From an uncultured bacterium (GTDB taxonomy: Bacteria; Krumholzibacteriota; Krumholzibacteriia; Krumholzibacteriales; Krumholzibacteriaceae), in the NCBI GenBank assembly GCA_963813815.1, contig CAWFAD010000007.1, forward strand, positions 32,001-96,000: a DNA stretch of 64,000 nucleotides. Reading direction: 5' to 3'. A program made the translations under genes and the position numbers. A model generated the notes under the pieces. That model saw nothing but the letters and a program-made list of their open reading frames with translations, made no database searches and was not told where the DNA came from. Shown in pieces: positions 51,158 to 61,279 of the stretch; the first letter of the stretch is position 1, and each line of letters opens with the position of its first letter.

Positions 51158-53317
51158 GTGGCTAAGATTCGCGTATATGAGCTGTCGCGTAAATACAACA
51201 TCTCGAGCGACGCCCTCATCAAGATCCTCGTCAAGGAGGGCATCGCGGTCAAGAGCCACATGAGCACGGTCGAGGACCGCGTCGAGATTCTCATTGAGCA
51301 GCACCTGATCCGGGTCAAGGCCGCGACGAAGAAGGAAGTCAAGAAAAAGGTCGACCTTAAGAAAAAGCCGCCGAAGCCCCCGCATACCCCGCATCCCCCG
51401 CATCCCCCGAGAGGACGCAAGGAGCGCAAGCCCGAGAAGCGCAAAGAGGCCGATCAGCGCGCGGTCAAAGAGAGCGTCAAGCGCACGCTGGCGAAGCTCG
51501 ACATCACCCGCAAGACCCGCCGCCGCAAGCACCGCGAGGATACGGTCGCGGTCGCCGAGGAAGAGAACGTCATCCGGATCCCCGAGTTCGCGACGGTGGC
51601 CGAGCTCGCCGAGCAGATCAAGATCGATCCGTCCGAGATCATCCAGAAATGCCTCGGTCTCGGCCTCATGGTGACGATCAATCAGCGGCTGAGCGCGGAC
51701 GCGATCACCATGATCGCCGACGATTACGACTTCCGAGTCGAGTTCGCCGAGAGCTACGGCCACGAGTTGCTCCGCGAGAAACGCCGGGCGAAACCGGAAC
51801 AGCTGGCGACGCGCCCCCCGGTCGTGACGATCATGGGGCACGTCGACCACGGCAAAACCTCCCTCCTCGACGCGATCCGCAAGAGCAAGATCATCGCCGG
51901 CGAGAAGGGCGGCATCACTCAGCACATCGGCGCGTACGAGGTCGACACGGGCCGCGGGCTCATCACCTTCATCGACACGCCGGGCCACGAGGCGTTCACC
52001 GCCATGCGCGCGCGAGGCGCGCAGGTCACCGATATCGTGATTCTCGTCGTCGCCGCGGATGACGGTATCATGCCCCAGACGATCGAAGCCATCAACCACG
52101 CCCGCGCGGCGGACGTTCCGCTCATCATCGCGATCAACAAGGTCGATCTTCCGCAGGCGAACGTCGAACGCGTGAAGCGCGAGCTGCTCAAGCAGAACAT
52201 CGTTCTCGAGGAATACGGCGGCAACGTGCAGGGGGTCGAGATCTCCGCGAAGCTCGGCAAGAACATCGACCGGCTGCTCGAGATGATCCTCTTCCAGTCC
52301 GAGCTCATGGATCTCAAGGCGGACGCCGACGCGCCGGTCCGCGGCGTCGTGCTCGAGGCGCGCAAGGAGGAGGGGCGCGGGAACGTCGTCACCGTCCTCA
52401 TCCAGCAGGGAACGCTCCGCCTCGGGGACGTGTTCATCGCCGGCAACAACTACGGACACGCGAGGGCGCTTCTCAACGAGCGAAACAAGAAGATCGACGC
52501 CGCGCCGCCGTCGACGCCGGTCGTCGTGCTCGGATCCGCCGGGCTGCCGAACGCCGGCGAGAACTTCGTGCAGGTCGAGGACGACCGCACGGCGCGCGAG
52601 ATCGCTTTCAAGCGGCAGCAGTACCAGCGCGAGAAGGACCGCCGCGTCGTGCAGCGCATCACCCTCGACGATCTCTACAAGCAGATCAAGGAAGGAGCCG
52701 TCAAGGAGCTGCCGCTCATCATCAAGGCGGACATGGACGGCTCCATCGGCGCGCTCATCGACAGCCTCTCCTCGATCGACAACGCCGAGGTCAAGATCAA
52801 CATCATTCACCGGGGCGTCGGCGTCATCAACGAGAGCGACGTCCTTCTGGCGAGCGCTTCGAACGCCGTCATCATCGGGTTCCATTCGACCACCACGCCG
52901 CGGGCGCAGCAGCTCGCGAAGACCGAGAAGGTCGACGTCCGCTACTACGACATCATCTACCGGGCGATCGACGACATCAAATCGGCCATGGCGGGGCTCC
53001 TCGAGCCGGTCATCGTCGAGCGGGAGATGGGCGAGGCCGAGGTCCGGCAGGTGTTCAGCGTGTCGAAGGTCGGCGCCGTGGCGGGGTGCTACGTCCTCTC
53101 GGGAACGATCACGCGCAACGGCAAGGCGCGCGTGCGCCGCGGCGGAGAGGTCATCCACCAAGGAGCGATCTCTTCCCTGAAGCGGTTCAAGGACGACGCC
53201 CGAGAGGTCCAGGCGGGGTTCGAGTGCGGGATCGGGGTGAGCGGATTCAACGATTTCCGCGAGGGCGACAGGCTCGAGGCGTTCGTGGAAGAGGCCCAGA
53301 GCAAGAAGATCGAGTAG
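51158..53317 (+). CDS. infB: Translation initiation factor IF-2
   Basis: IRVYEL, RPPVVTIMGHVDHGKTSLLD, DTPGHEAF, SLKRFKDD.REV. Confidence 0.98.
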   Translation: MAKIRVYELSRKYNISSDALIKILVKEGIAVKSHMSTVEDRVEILIEQHLIRVKAATKKEVKKKVDLKKKPPKPPHTPHPPHPPRGRKERKPEKRKEADQRAVKESVKRTLAKLDITRKTRRRKHREDTVAVAEEENVIRIPEFATVAELAEQIKIDPSEIIQKCLGLGLMVTINQRLSADAITMIADDYDFRVEFAESYGHELLREKRRAKPEQLATRPPVVTIMGHVDHGKTSLLDAIRKSKIIAGEKGGITQHIGAYEVDTGRGLITFIDTPGHEAFTAMRARGAQVTDIVILVVAADDGIMPQTIEAINHARAADVPLIIAINKVDLPQANVERVKRELLKQNIVLEEYGGNVQGVEISAKLGKNIDRLLEMILFQSELMDLKADADAPVRGVVLEARKEEGRGNVVTVLIQQGTLRLGDVFIAGNNYGHARALLNERNKKIDAAPPSTPVVVLGSAGLPNAGENFVQVEDDRTAREIAFKRQQYQREKDRRVVQRITLDDLYKQIKEGAVKELPLIIKADMDGSIGALIDSLSSIDNAEVKINIIHRGVGVINESDVLLASASNAVIIGFHSTTTPRAQQLAKTEKVDVRYYDIIYRAIDDIKSAMAGLLEPVIVEREMGEAEVRQVFSVSKVGAVAGCYVLSGTITRNGKARVRRGGEVIHQGAISSLKRFKDDAREVQAGFECGIGVSGFNDFREGDRLEAFVEEAQSKKIE
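51380..51409 (+). repeat. 9-bp tandem repeat within infB (CCGCATMCC x3)
   Basis: ccgcatacc ccgcatccc ccgcatccc ccg, encoding PHTPHPPHPP. Confidence 0.8.
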
Positions 53318-53335
53318 CCCGAGGGAGGTCGCCCC

Positions 53336-53617
53336 GTGATCGTCGCGAGCCTCCGGGTCCGGATTTTTCTGCCCGGGTGCGCCTCTCTCAAGCAGAAACG
53401 ATACGTTCTCGCGAGCCTCAAGACGCGGCTCCGGAACCGGTTCAACGTCTCCGTCTGCGAGAACGATTTTCACGATACATGGCAGCGGAGCGAGCTCGCC
53501 GTGGCCGCGGCGACGACGGACATGCGCGGCGCCCGGACGGTCACGGATCAGGTCATGGAATTTCTCGAACGGGAGCCGCGCATCGTGCTCTGCGAGCACG
53601 AGCGGAACTTCTACTGA
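53336..53617 (+). CDS. DUF503 (YlxP-like) protein
   Basis: SLKQKR..L.SL..RL..RFNVSV.E...D.WQ; usual position between infB and rbfA. Confidence 0.9.
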   Translation: MIVASLRVRIFLPGCASLKQKRYVLASLKTRLRNRFNVSVCENDFHDTWQRSELAVAAATTDMRGARTVTDQVMEFLEREPRIVLCEHERNFY

Positions 53618-53632
53618 GCATGGAGCGGTGCG

Positions 53633-54025
53633 ATGAACGACAAACAGAAAGCTCGAGTCGAGGACGAGATCCGGGCGCTCGTGTCGGAGCTGCTGCTCCG
53701 GCGCGTCAAGGATCCGCGCGTCGCGGGGGTTTCCCTCACGCACGTCGAGGCCTCGCGGGACTACTCGACGGCGAAGATTCTCTACAACGTCGTCGGCGGC
53801 GCGGCGGATCTCAACGAGGTGCAGCGCGGGCTCGAGAGCTCCCGGAAGTACATGCGCTCCCAGATAGCGCGGCGGCTGCGGCTGCGGGTCGTTCCCGAGC
53901 TCATCTTCCGGTACGACACCTCGCTCGACCGCGCCATGAAGATCGAGGAGCTGATCGAGCAGATACACCGCGAGGAGGAGGAGAGCGGGAAACCGCCGGC
54001 CGGGGAGGTCGACGGCGATGCGTGA
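53633..54025 (+). CDS. rbfA: Ribosome-binding factor A
   Basis: VKDPRV, V..SRD.S.AK, LRVVPELIFRYD. Confidence 0.94.
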   Translation: MNDKQKARVEDEIRALVSELLLRRVKDPRVAGVSLTHVEASRDYSTAKILYNVVGGAADLNEVQRGLESSRKYMRSQIARRLRLRVVPELIFRYDTSLDRAMKIEELIEQIHREEEESGKPPAGEVDGDA

Positions 54026-55028
54026 GGAGCCCTTCGCCCGGGAGTTCGACGCGATCGCCGGACTCGCCTCGTCCCGCGAGCGCCCGCTCGTTCTCGGCCA
54101 CGTCGATCCCGACGGCGACTGCATCGGATCGATGCTCGCCCTGGCGCGGTACCTCGGCGACCTCGGCCGCGAGGCCGTTTGCTTCGCCCCGGGCGAGATG
54201 GCCGATCTCTACCGCGGTCTTCCCCTCTCGCGTCTTTTCGTTCCCGAGGAGCGGCTCGCCTCTCTCGATCCCGATCTCGTGTTCGCCCTCGATTCCCCGA
54301 CCACGGCGCGCACGGCCAATCTGATCCGGCGGGGGGGCGGCGTTCCCGTCGTGAACATCGACCACCATCCGACGAACGAGCGCTACGGCGACATCAACGT
54401 GGTCGACGAGTCGGTGAGCGCCACGGCGATCCTCGTCTACCGGTTCCTCTCGCACGCCGCGCCGGCGGCCCTCACCCCGGAAACGGCCGACTATCTCTAC
54501 ATCGGAGTGCTCATGGACACGGGGGGGTTCCGTTTCCGGAACACGAACGCCGAGGCCCTCGCGGCCGCCGCGAGGTTCGCCGAGCTCGGGGCTCACCCTC
54601 ACCAGCTCGCGCACGATTTTCTCTACGTGAAGAAGCTCGCGACGCTGAGGCTGCTCTCCCTTTCCCTCGGATCGCTCGAGGTGCACGCCGGCGGACGCAT
54701 CGGGCTCATGCACGTCTCGCAGCGGATGCTCGAGGAGGCCGAGGGCGTCATGAGCGACACGGAGGGATTCGTCGATTACGCGGCTTCGATCGACGACGTC
54801 GAGCTCGCGGCGCTGTTCCGGGAGCTCGCCCCCGCCGAGATCAGGGTGAGCCTGCGCTCGCGCAACGACTTCAACGTCGCCGCTCTCGCCGAGCGGCACG
54901 GCGGCGGCGGGCACCGCAACGCCGCGGGCCTCACGATCCATGACCGTCTCGACGCCGCCAAAAGGCTCATCCTGCGCTCCTTCGAGGAGATGCTCGCCGG
55001 AGAGAAACGCGGCGGGGGGGCGGCATGA
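54018..55028 (+). CDS. DHH/DHHA1 phosphoesterase (NrnA-like)
   Basis: HVDPDGDCIGS, IDHH, DTGGF, SLRS, GGGGHRNAAG. Confidence 0.93.
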   Translation: MREEPFAREFDAIAGLASSRERPLVLGHVDPDGDCIGSMLALARYLGDLGREAVCFAPGEMADLYRGLPLSRLFVPEERLASLDPDLVFALDSPTTARTANLIRRGGGVPVVNIDHHPTNERYGDINVVDESVSATAILVYRFLSHAAPAALTPETADYLYIGVLMDTGGFRFRNTNAEALAAAARFAELGAHPHQLAHDFLYVKKLATLRLLSLSLGSLEVHAGGRIGLMHVSQRMLEEAEGVMSDTEGFVDYAASIDDVELAALFRELAPAEIRVSLRSRNDFNVAALAERHGGGGHRNAAGLTIHDRLDAAKRLILRSFEEMLAGEKRGGGAA

Positions 55029-55957
55029 GGGACCCCGAATCGAAGGCGAGGCTCACCGACAGGGTCATTCCGGTGGGCAAATCGGTGGGCAACTCCACCT
55101 ACGATTGCGTCCGCCGCATCAAGCGCCTCGTGACGCTCGACAAGATCGGGCACGCGGGAAGCCTCGATCCCGAGGCCCGGGGGCTCATCCTCATCCTCAC
55201 CGGCGAGGCGACGAAGCTCTCGAACTACCTCATGGACCTTCCGAAACGCTACGTCGCCGACGTGAAGCTCGGCGAGGCCACGGACAGCCAGGACCGGAGC
55301 GGCGCCGTCACCAGGAGCGGCGAGTGGGAGCACGTGACGGAGGAGATGATCCGGAACGTCATCCCCCGTTTTCTCGGCAAGCGGCTCCAGACGCCGCCCA
55401 TGTACTCGGCCCTCAAACACAAGGGGCAGCCGCTCTACCTCCTCGCCCGCCGCGGCGAGCTAATCGATCGTTCCCCCCGCGAGATCGAAACCTACGAGAT
55501 AACGCTCGCGGCGTTCGAACCTCCGGTCGCGCGCATCGAGGTGTTCTGCGCGAGGGGGCTCTACCTGCGGGTGCTCGCCGAGGAGATCGGCGACGCGCTC
55601 GGAGTGCCCGCGCACCTCAGCAACCTCGTCCGCGTGCGGATCGGGCACTTCGATCTCGAGGACGCGGTGAGCGACGACGCCCTGGAGCGTCTGCTCGAGA
55701 TGGAATCGCCGGGGCAGTCGTTGAGCGACGCGCTGCGGCATTTTCCCGCCGTGCCGCTGTCCGCGGAGCAATCGCGCGGACTCGATATGGGCGTCGTTCC
55801 TCGCCTCGCGCAGGCGCGGCCGGGCTCCCTGCCGCCGGCGGGGAGCCTCGTCAGGCTCGAGCGTCCCGACGGCAGGCTCGGCGCGATCGCCGAAATGGGC
55901 CCCGCCGGGCTCGTGCAGCTCCGGCGGGTGTTCCGGGAGGCGGGCGCGGGGGCGTAG
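55025..55957 (+). CDS. truB: tRNA pseudouridine(55) synthase
   Basis: KIGHAGSLDP, G..TK, Q.PPMYSALK..G..LY.LAR. Confidence 0.93.
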   Translation: MRDPESKARLTDRVIPVGKSVGNSTYDCVRRIKRLVTLDKIGHAGSLDPEARGLILILTGEATKLSNYLMDLPKRYVADVKLGEATDSQDRSGAVTRSGEWEHVTEEMIRNVIPRFLGKRLQTPPMYSALKHKGQPLYLLARRGELIDRSPREIETYEITLAAFEPPVARIEVFCARGLYLRVLAEEIGDALGVPAHLSNLVRVRIGHFDLEDAVSDDALERLLEMESPGQSLSDALRHFPAVPLSAEQSRGLDMGVVPRLAQARPGSLPPAGSLVRLERPDGRLGAIAEMGPAGLVQLRRVFREAGAGA

Positions 55958-55973
55958 CGCCCCCACGATCGGC

Positions 55974-56918
55974 ATGGAGATCATCAGGAACACGGAAGCG
56001 ATCGCGGCGCGGCGGTTCGAGAACACCGCCGTCACGATCGGCGTCTTCGACGGCGTCCACCGGGGCCACTCCGAGGTGCTCCGCCGGTTGAGGGAGATCG
56101 CCGCCGCGGGGGGGCATGCCGCCTCCGTGCTCGTGACCTTCGACCGCCATCCGCTCTGCGTCACGCATCCCGAGATGGCGCCGCCGCTCCTTACGACGCT
56201 CGAGGAAAAGCTGCACGTGCTCGGGCGGCTCGGCGTCGACGTCGCCGTCGTCGAGCGGTTCACGCGCGAGACGGCGGGGATCGATTACTCGACCTACCTC
56301 GCCGGGCGTCTCGCCGGGGAGCTCGGCATGCGCCATCTCGTCGTCGGGTACGATTTCCATCTCGGACGGGGACGCGAGGGCTCGCAGGAGCGCCTCGCCG
56401 CGGAGGGCCGCCGGCTCGGGTTCGGCGTCACCATCGTCCCCCCGGTCGTGCTGCAGGGGAGCGTCGTTTCGAGCACGAAGATCCGCCGCGACATCATGGA
56501 GCGTCGCTTCGAGCACGCGGCTCGCTCCCTCGGGCGTCCCCATTTCTTCGAGGCCCGGGTGGTGCCGGGCGAGGGAATCGGGCGGACGCTCGGCTTTCCG
56601 ACGGCGAATCTCTCGGTGGAGGACCCGGGCAAGCTCCTTCCTCCCCGCGGGGTATACGCCGTGCTGGTCGAGGCCGCGTCGGGGCGTTACGGAGGGATGA
56701 TGAACGTCGGCCGGGCGCCGACGATGCGCGCCGACGGGAGGGACAGGATCGAGGTGCATCTGCTCGATTTCTCCGGAGACGTCGCCGGAGAAAGGCTGCG
56801 GACGCACTGTCTCGCCTTTGTGCGGGAGGAGAGGCGTTTCGCGGGCGCGGAAGAGCTCCGGGCACAGTTGATGCAAGACGAGCGGACGGTACGCGGCCTT
56901 CTGGAAAAGAAATATTGA
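55974..56918 (+). CDS. ribF: Bifunctional riboflavin kinase/FAD synthetase
   Basis: IGVFDGVHRGH, GYDF, SST.IR, GRTLGFPTAN, GVY, EVHLLDF. Confidence 0.96.
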   Translation: MEIIRNTEAIAARRFENTAVTIGVFDGVHRGHSEVLRRLREIAAAGGHAASVLVTFDRHPLCVTHPEMAPPLLTTLEEKLHVLGRLGVDVAVVERFTRETAGIDYSTYLAGRLAGELGMRHLVVGYDFHLGRGREGSQERLAAEGRRLGFGVTIVPPVVLQGSVVSSTKIRRDIMERRFEHAARSLGRPHFFEARVVPGEGIGRTLGFPTANLSVEDPGKLLPPRGVYAVLVEAASGRYGGMMNVGRAPTMRADGRDRIEVHLLDFSGDVAGERLRTHCLAFVREERRFAGAEELRAQLMQDERTVRGLLEKKY

Positions 56919-56942
56919 CAACATTCGGTGTTCGTGTATCTT
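56915..56942 (+). promoter_or_regulatory. Possible sigma70 promoter of rpsO-pnp
   Basis: TTGACA-16 nt-TATCTT, overlapping the ribF stop. Confidence 0.5.
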
Positions 56943-57061
56943 GTAGTGTTCATAAAGAAGGGAAACGGCAATCAGAGCAGTTTTTAGGCGGATCGGGCGA
57001 CGTTCGCCCGTTCTGCTGCCATCGTGATATCTCATCACAGGGTTAAGGAGGTGCATGAACG

Positions 57062-57331
57062 ATGGCACTGCAGAAGGAAGTTAAGAAGGACGTTATTACC
57101 AAGTACCGGCTTCATGAAACGGACTCGGGTTCCCCTGAGGTTCAGGTAGCGCTTCTCACCGAACGCATCAATCAGCTTGCCAAGCATTTTCAGGTGCACA
57201 AGAAGGATTTCGCGTCGCGTCGCGGACTCTTGAAGCTCGTGAGCCAGCGGCGCAAGCTTCTCGACTACCTCAGGAACAATCGGATCGATACGTACCGCGC
57301 AATCATCAAGGAGCTCAATCTCCGCAAGTAG
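57062..57331 (+). CDS. rpsO: 30S ribosomal protein uS15
   Basis: [17 protein letters not shown]...[13 protein letters not shown]. Confidence 0.98.
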   Translation: MALQKEVKKDVITKYRLHETDSGSPEVQVALLTERINQLAKHFQVHKKDFASRRGLLKLVSQRRKLLDYLRNNRIDTYRAIIKELNLRK

Positions 57332-57419
57332 CTCCGGTGCGCGCGCGCCGGCGGGGCCATCGAACGGATCCCGGCGGCGGCGTAGTGTATTCACCGTTCG
57401 AATGGAGGCTCATGCTCGA

Positions 57420-59492
57420 ATGATCAGGAAGAGTTGGCCGCTCGACGGCAAAAATATCTTTTTCGAGACGGGGCGGATCGCCCGACAGGCCGACGGCTCC
57501 GTGCTCGTAGGCATCGACTCGACGGTCGTCCTCGTGACGGCGGTCGCCGCGAAGGACAAGGAAACCTCGCAGGATTTCTTTCCCCTCACCGTCGAGTACC
57601 GCGAGAAATTCTACGCCGCCGGCAAGATACCGGGCGGCTTCTTCAGACGAGAGGGACGGCCTGGTGAAAAGGAAACCCTCGGCGCGCGTCTCATCGACCG
57701 CCCCATCCGGCCGCTCTTTCCCGAAACCTTCCGCTACGAGGTGCAGGTCGCGTGCACGGTGCTCTCGAGCGACCAGCGCCAGCCCTCCGACGTGCTCGGC
57801 ATCACGGGCGCCTCGCTTGCGCTGGCCCTCTCCGACATTCCGTTCGGCGCCCTCCTGAGCGGGGTCCGCGTCGGGCTCAAGGACAACAACTTCATTATCA
57901 ACCCGCTCTTCAGCGAGCTCGAAGAGGGGCTCATGGATATCGCGATCGCCGGTTCGGACGACGCGATCATCATGGTCGAGGGCGGCGCGAAGGAAGTGAG
58001 CGAGTCGGTCCTCATCGAGGCCCTCGAGTTCGGGCACGCGCACATCAAGCAGATCATCGCCTTCCAGCGCGAGTTCCTCGCGCAGTGCGAGCCGAGGGCG
58101 AAGCGCCCCTTCAAGACGTTCGAGGTCGACAAGGCGCTCGAGGCGAAGCTCCGCGCGGACTACCTCGGCGAGATCGCCCGGGTCAACCGCATCGACGGAA
58201 AGCTCGCCCGCGCCCGCGCCCTCTCGGAAATCCACGCGCGGGCGGTCGAGAAGTACGCGGCGGAGTATCCCGACGGCGAGAAGCAGTTCGAGCACATCAT
58301 GGAGGAGCTCGAGCGGGAGATCGTGCGCGGCCAGATCGTCAAGGAAAAGCTCCGCTCCGACGGCCGCTCCCTCACCGACGTCCGCCCCATCCGGTGCGAG
58401 GTCGGCGTGCTTCCGCGCGCGCACGGGAGCGCGCTCTTCACGCGGGGCGAAACGCAGAGCCTCGTCGCGACGACGCTCGGAACCTCGCAGGACGAGCAGC
58501 GGATCGACGAGCTCATCGGCGAGTCGTTCAAGAGCTTCATGCTCCACTATAACTTCCCGCCCTTCAGCGTCGGCGAAACCGGCCGGTTTAGCGGGCCGGG
58601 GCGCCGGGAGATCGGGCACGGCATGCTCGCCGAGCGGGCGATCCAGCCCATCATCCCGTCCGACGAACAGTTCCCCTACACGATCCGCCTCGTTTCCGAC
58701 ATCCTCGAGTCGAACGGCTCGAGCTCGATGGCGACGGTCTGCGGCGGGAGCCTCGCCCTCATGGACGCGGGCGTGCCCATCCGCAAGCCGGTCGCCGGCG
58801 TGGCGATGGGTCTCGTGAAGGAAGGGAACGACATCAGCATTCTCACCGACATCCTCGGTCTCGAGGATCACCTCGGGGATATGGACTTCAAGGTCGCGGG
58901 CACGAAAGACGGGATTACGGCGTTCCAGATGGACGTCAAGATCGCCGGCATCACCCGGGCCGTCATGGAGCCCGCGCTCGAGCAGGCCCGGCGGGCGCGT
59001 CTCGAGATTCTCGACATCATGAGCCGGACGCTCCTGGAGCCTCGCAAGGAGCTCTCGCCGTTCGCGCCGAAGATCGTCCAGATCAAGATCCCCGTCGACA
59101 AGATCCGCGAAGTCATCGGTCCGGGAGGCAAGATGATCCGCCACATCCAGGATACCTCCGGGGCCAAGATCGACATCGAGGACGACGGAACGGTGCTCAT
59201 CGCCGCGGTCGATCAGGCCGCCGGCGAGAAGGCGCTCGACATGATCAAGGCGCTCACCGAGGAGCCGGAGATCGGCAAGGTCTACAAGGGGACCGTGCGC
59301 GGCATCATGCCGTACGGGGCCTTCGTCCAGATCCTGCCGGGGCGCGACGGCCTCCTGCACGTCTCCGAGATCGACCGCAAGCGCGTCGAGAGGGTCGAGG
59401 ACGTGCTCAAGCTCGGCGACGAGATCGAAGTCAAGATCATCGGGGTCGACAAGGACGGAAAGATCAAGCTTAGCCGCAAGGCGCTGCTCTAG
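57420..59492 (+). CDS. pnp: Polyribonucleotide nucleotidyltransferase (start ATG 57420 or 57402)
   Basis: ARQADG, DFFPLTV.Y, GKIPGGF.RREGRP, HGSALFTRGETQ, SNGSSSMA, GDMDFKVAGT, KH and S1 domains. Confidence 0.98.
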   Translation: MIRKSWPLDGKNIFFETGRIARQADGSVLVGIDSTVVLVTAVAAKDKETSQDFFPLTVEYREKFYAAGKIPGGFFRREGRPGEKETLGARLIDRPIRPLFPETFRYEVQVACTVLSSDQRQPSDVLGITGASLALALSDIPFGALLSGVRVGLKDNNFIINPLFSELEEGLMDIAIAGSDDAIIMVEGGAKEVSESVLIEALEFGHAHIKQIIAFQREFLAQCEPRAKRPFKTFEVDKALEAKLRADYLGEIARVNRIDGKLARARALSEIHARAVEKYAAEYPDGEKQFEHIMEELEREIVRGQIVKEKLRSDGRSLTDVRPIRCEVGVLPRAHGSALFTRGETQSLVATTLGTSQDEQRIDELIGESFKSFMLHYNFPPFSVGETGRFSGPGRREIGHGMLAERAIQPIIPSDEQFPYTIRLVSDILESNGSSSMATVCGGSLALMDAGVPIRKPVAGVAMGLVKEGNDISILTDILGLEDHLGDMDFKVAGTKDGITAFQMDVKIAGITRAVMEPALEQARRARLEILDIMSRTLLEPRKELSPFAPKIVQIKIPVDKIREVIGPGGKMIRHIQDTSGAKIDIEDDGTVLIAAVDQAAGEKALDMIKALTEEPEIGKVYKGTVRGIMPYGAFVQILPGRDGLLHVSEIDRKRVERVEDVLKLGDEIEVKIIGVDKDGKIKLSRKALL

Positions 59493-59493
59493 C

Positions 59494-60762
59494 GTGGCCG
59501 CGATGCTCGCTCTTCCGCGTCCGAAGAAGGTGCTTCTCCCCTCGGGGGCGAGGCTTCTCTATCAGCGCAACCCCTTTTCTCCGACGATCGCCTTCGGCGT
59601 CTGGATCGACGGGGGTTCCGGCACCGAGGAAAAGGACGAGCGCGGGCTCTCGCACCTGCTCGAGCACGTCGTGTTCCGCGGAACGGAGCATCGGGACGCG
59701 CTGAAGATCGCGTTCGAGCTCGAGTCGATCGGCGGCCAGTACGACGCCTTCACCGGGAAAGAGTCGACCTGCTACCACGCGAAGGTGCTCGAGGAGAACT
59801 TCGAGAAGCTCGTCGACGTCTTCGCCGACCTCGTTTGCCGGCCGACGATTCCCGAGAAGCTGATGATGGTCGAGAAGCGGGTCGTCCAGGAGGAGATCCG
59901 CAGCGTCAACGACACTCCCGAGGAGTTCGCGCACGAGCTCTTCTACGTCGCCCTCTTCAAAGGGCATCCGCTCGGCCACCCGGTGACGGGATATCTCAAG
60001 GACGTCGCCGGTTACCGCCGCGACGATCTCGTCTCATTCCACCGGAAGACCTACACGGCCGAGGACACGACGATCGGTTTCATCGGGAACGTCCCGGTCT
60101 CCCGCGTCGCCGCGCTCGTCGAGGAGCGGTTTCGCTTTCCGCGCCGCCGCCGCCGCGCGCGCGCCTGGCGGCTGCAGGAGAACAAGGCCGTGATCCGGTC
60201 GGCGAAACGCGGCGACTGGGCCCAGGCGCACGTGTGCATCGGGGCGAGGGGAGTGCCCGCGAAGCATTCCGACCGGCACTCGCTCGTGATCCTCTCGAAC
60301 ATTCTCGGCGGGGGAACGACCTCGCGCCTCTTCCAGAGCCTCCGCGAGCGCACGGGGCTCGTCTACGCGGCTTACACGCACGTGAGCTTCTGGAAGGAGA
60401 CCGGGGCGATCTGCAACTTTTTCTCCGTCGACTCGAGGAATCTCAAGCGCGCGCTCGATCTCTTTCACGCCGAGCTCGACGACATCAGGCGGGGAGGCGT
60501 GAGGGAGGAGGAGATCGAGAGCGCGAAGGCGCAGGTCAAGGGCGGCGTCGTCTTCGGAATCGAGAGCCCCGAGAACCGGCTGTTCCACCTGCTCCAGAGC
60601 GACATCTACCACGGGCGCTACGTGACGAGCGCCGAGCACCTGCGATCGATCGAGCGCGTGAATCGCCGCTCCGTGACCGAGGCGGCCGAGCGCTATCTCG
60701 GCGACGGCGGGCTCACCTACACGGCGTGCGGGCCGATTCCCCTCGCGGGGCTCGTTCGCTGA
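59494..60762 (+). CDS. M16 (pitrilysin-like) zinc peptidase
   Basis: G.SHLLEH.VFRGT (HxxEH), AFT.KE.T.Y, LGGG..SRLFQ.LRE..GL.Y. Confidence 0.92.
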   Translation: MAAMLALPRPKKVLLPSGARLLYQRNPFSPTIAFGVWIDGGSGTEEKDERGLSHLLEHVVFRGTEHRDALKIAFELESIGGQYDAFTGKESTCYHAKVLEENFEKLVDVFADLVCRPTIPEKLMMVEKRVVQEEIRSVNDTPEEFAHELFYVALFKGHPLGHPVTGYLKDVAGYRRDDLVSFHRKTYTAEDTTIGFIGNVPVSRVAALVEERFRFPRRRRRARAWRLQENKAVIRSAKRGDWAQAHVCIGARGVPAKHSDRHSLVILSNILGGGTTSRLFQSLRERTGLVYAAYTHVSFWKETGAICNFFSVDSRNLKRALDLFHAELDDIRRGGVREEEIESAKAQVKGGVVFGIESPENRLFHLLQSDIYHGRYVTSAEHLRSIERVNRRSVTEAAERYLGDGGLTYTACGPIPLAGLVR

Positions 60763-60771
60763 GGGGCGGCC

Positions 60772-61239
60772 ATGGGATCGCTCCCGAGAAACGACGAACC
60801 GGTTTCCGTGCGGATCCGCTACCTCGACAACCACCGGGGCCTTCCGGCCCTCGCGCCCATGACTGAGGGCGCGAGCGGACGGGACGTCCACGCCGCGTGC
60901 GTAGACGAGATCGTCATACAGCCCGGATCGGCCGCGCTCGTGCCGGCCGGCTTCGTCCTGTCCCTGCCGGAGGGGTACGAGGCGCAGGTCCGGCCGCGGA
61001 GCGGGCTCGCCCTGCGGCACCGGATCGGGCTCCTCAACAGCCCCGGAACGATCGACAGCGACTATCGCGGCGAGGTCGGCGTCATACTCTACAACTTCGG
61101 GGATCGGGAGTTCACCGTCCGGCGGGGGGATCGCGTCGCGCAGATCGTCTTCTCGCGGCTGCCGCTCGTCGATCTCGTCGAGGACGACACCCTCGATGAG
61201 ACGGAACGCGGCGCGGGCGGATTCGGGCATACGGGCTAA
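60772..61239 (+). CDS. dut: dUTP diphosphatase
   Basis: QVRPRSGLA, NSPGTIDSDYRGE, GDRVAQ, RGAGGFGHTG. Confidence 0.97.
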   Translation: MGSLPRNDEPVSVRIRYLDNHRGLPALAPMTEGASGRDVHAACVDEIVIQPGSAALVPAGFVLSLPEGYEAQVRPRSGLALRHRIGLLNSPGTIDSDYRGEVGVILYNFGDREFTVRRGDRVAQIVFSRLPLVDLVEDDTLDETERGAGGFGHTG

Positions 61240-61279
61240 GGGCGGACCCCCTTCCGTCCTGCCCCGCGGAGGATGCAGA

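Noticed and set aside
56900..57331. Lower-GC rpsO region as horizontal transfer
   Set aside because: Normal ribF-rpsO-pnp synteny; better explained by promoter, leader and high-expression codon use
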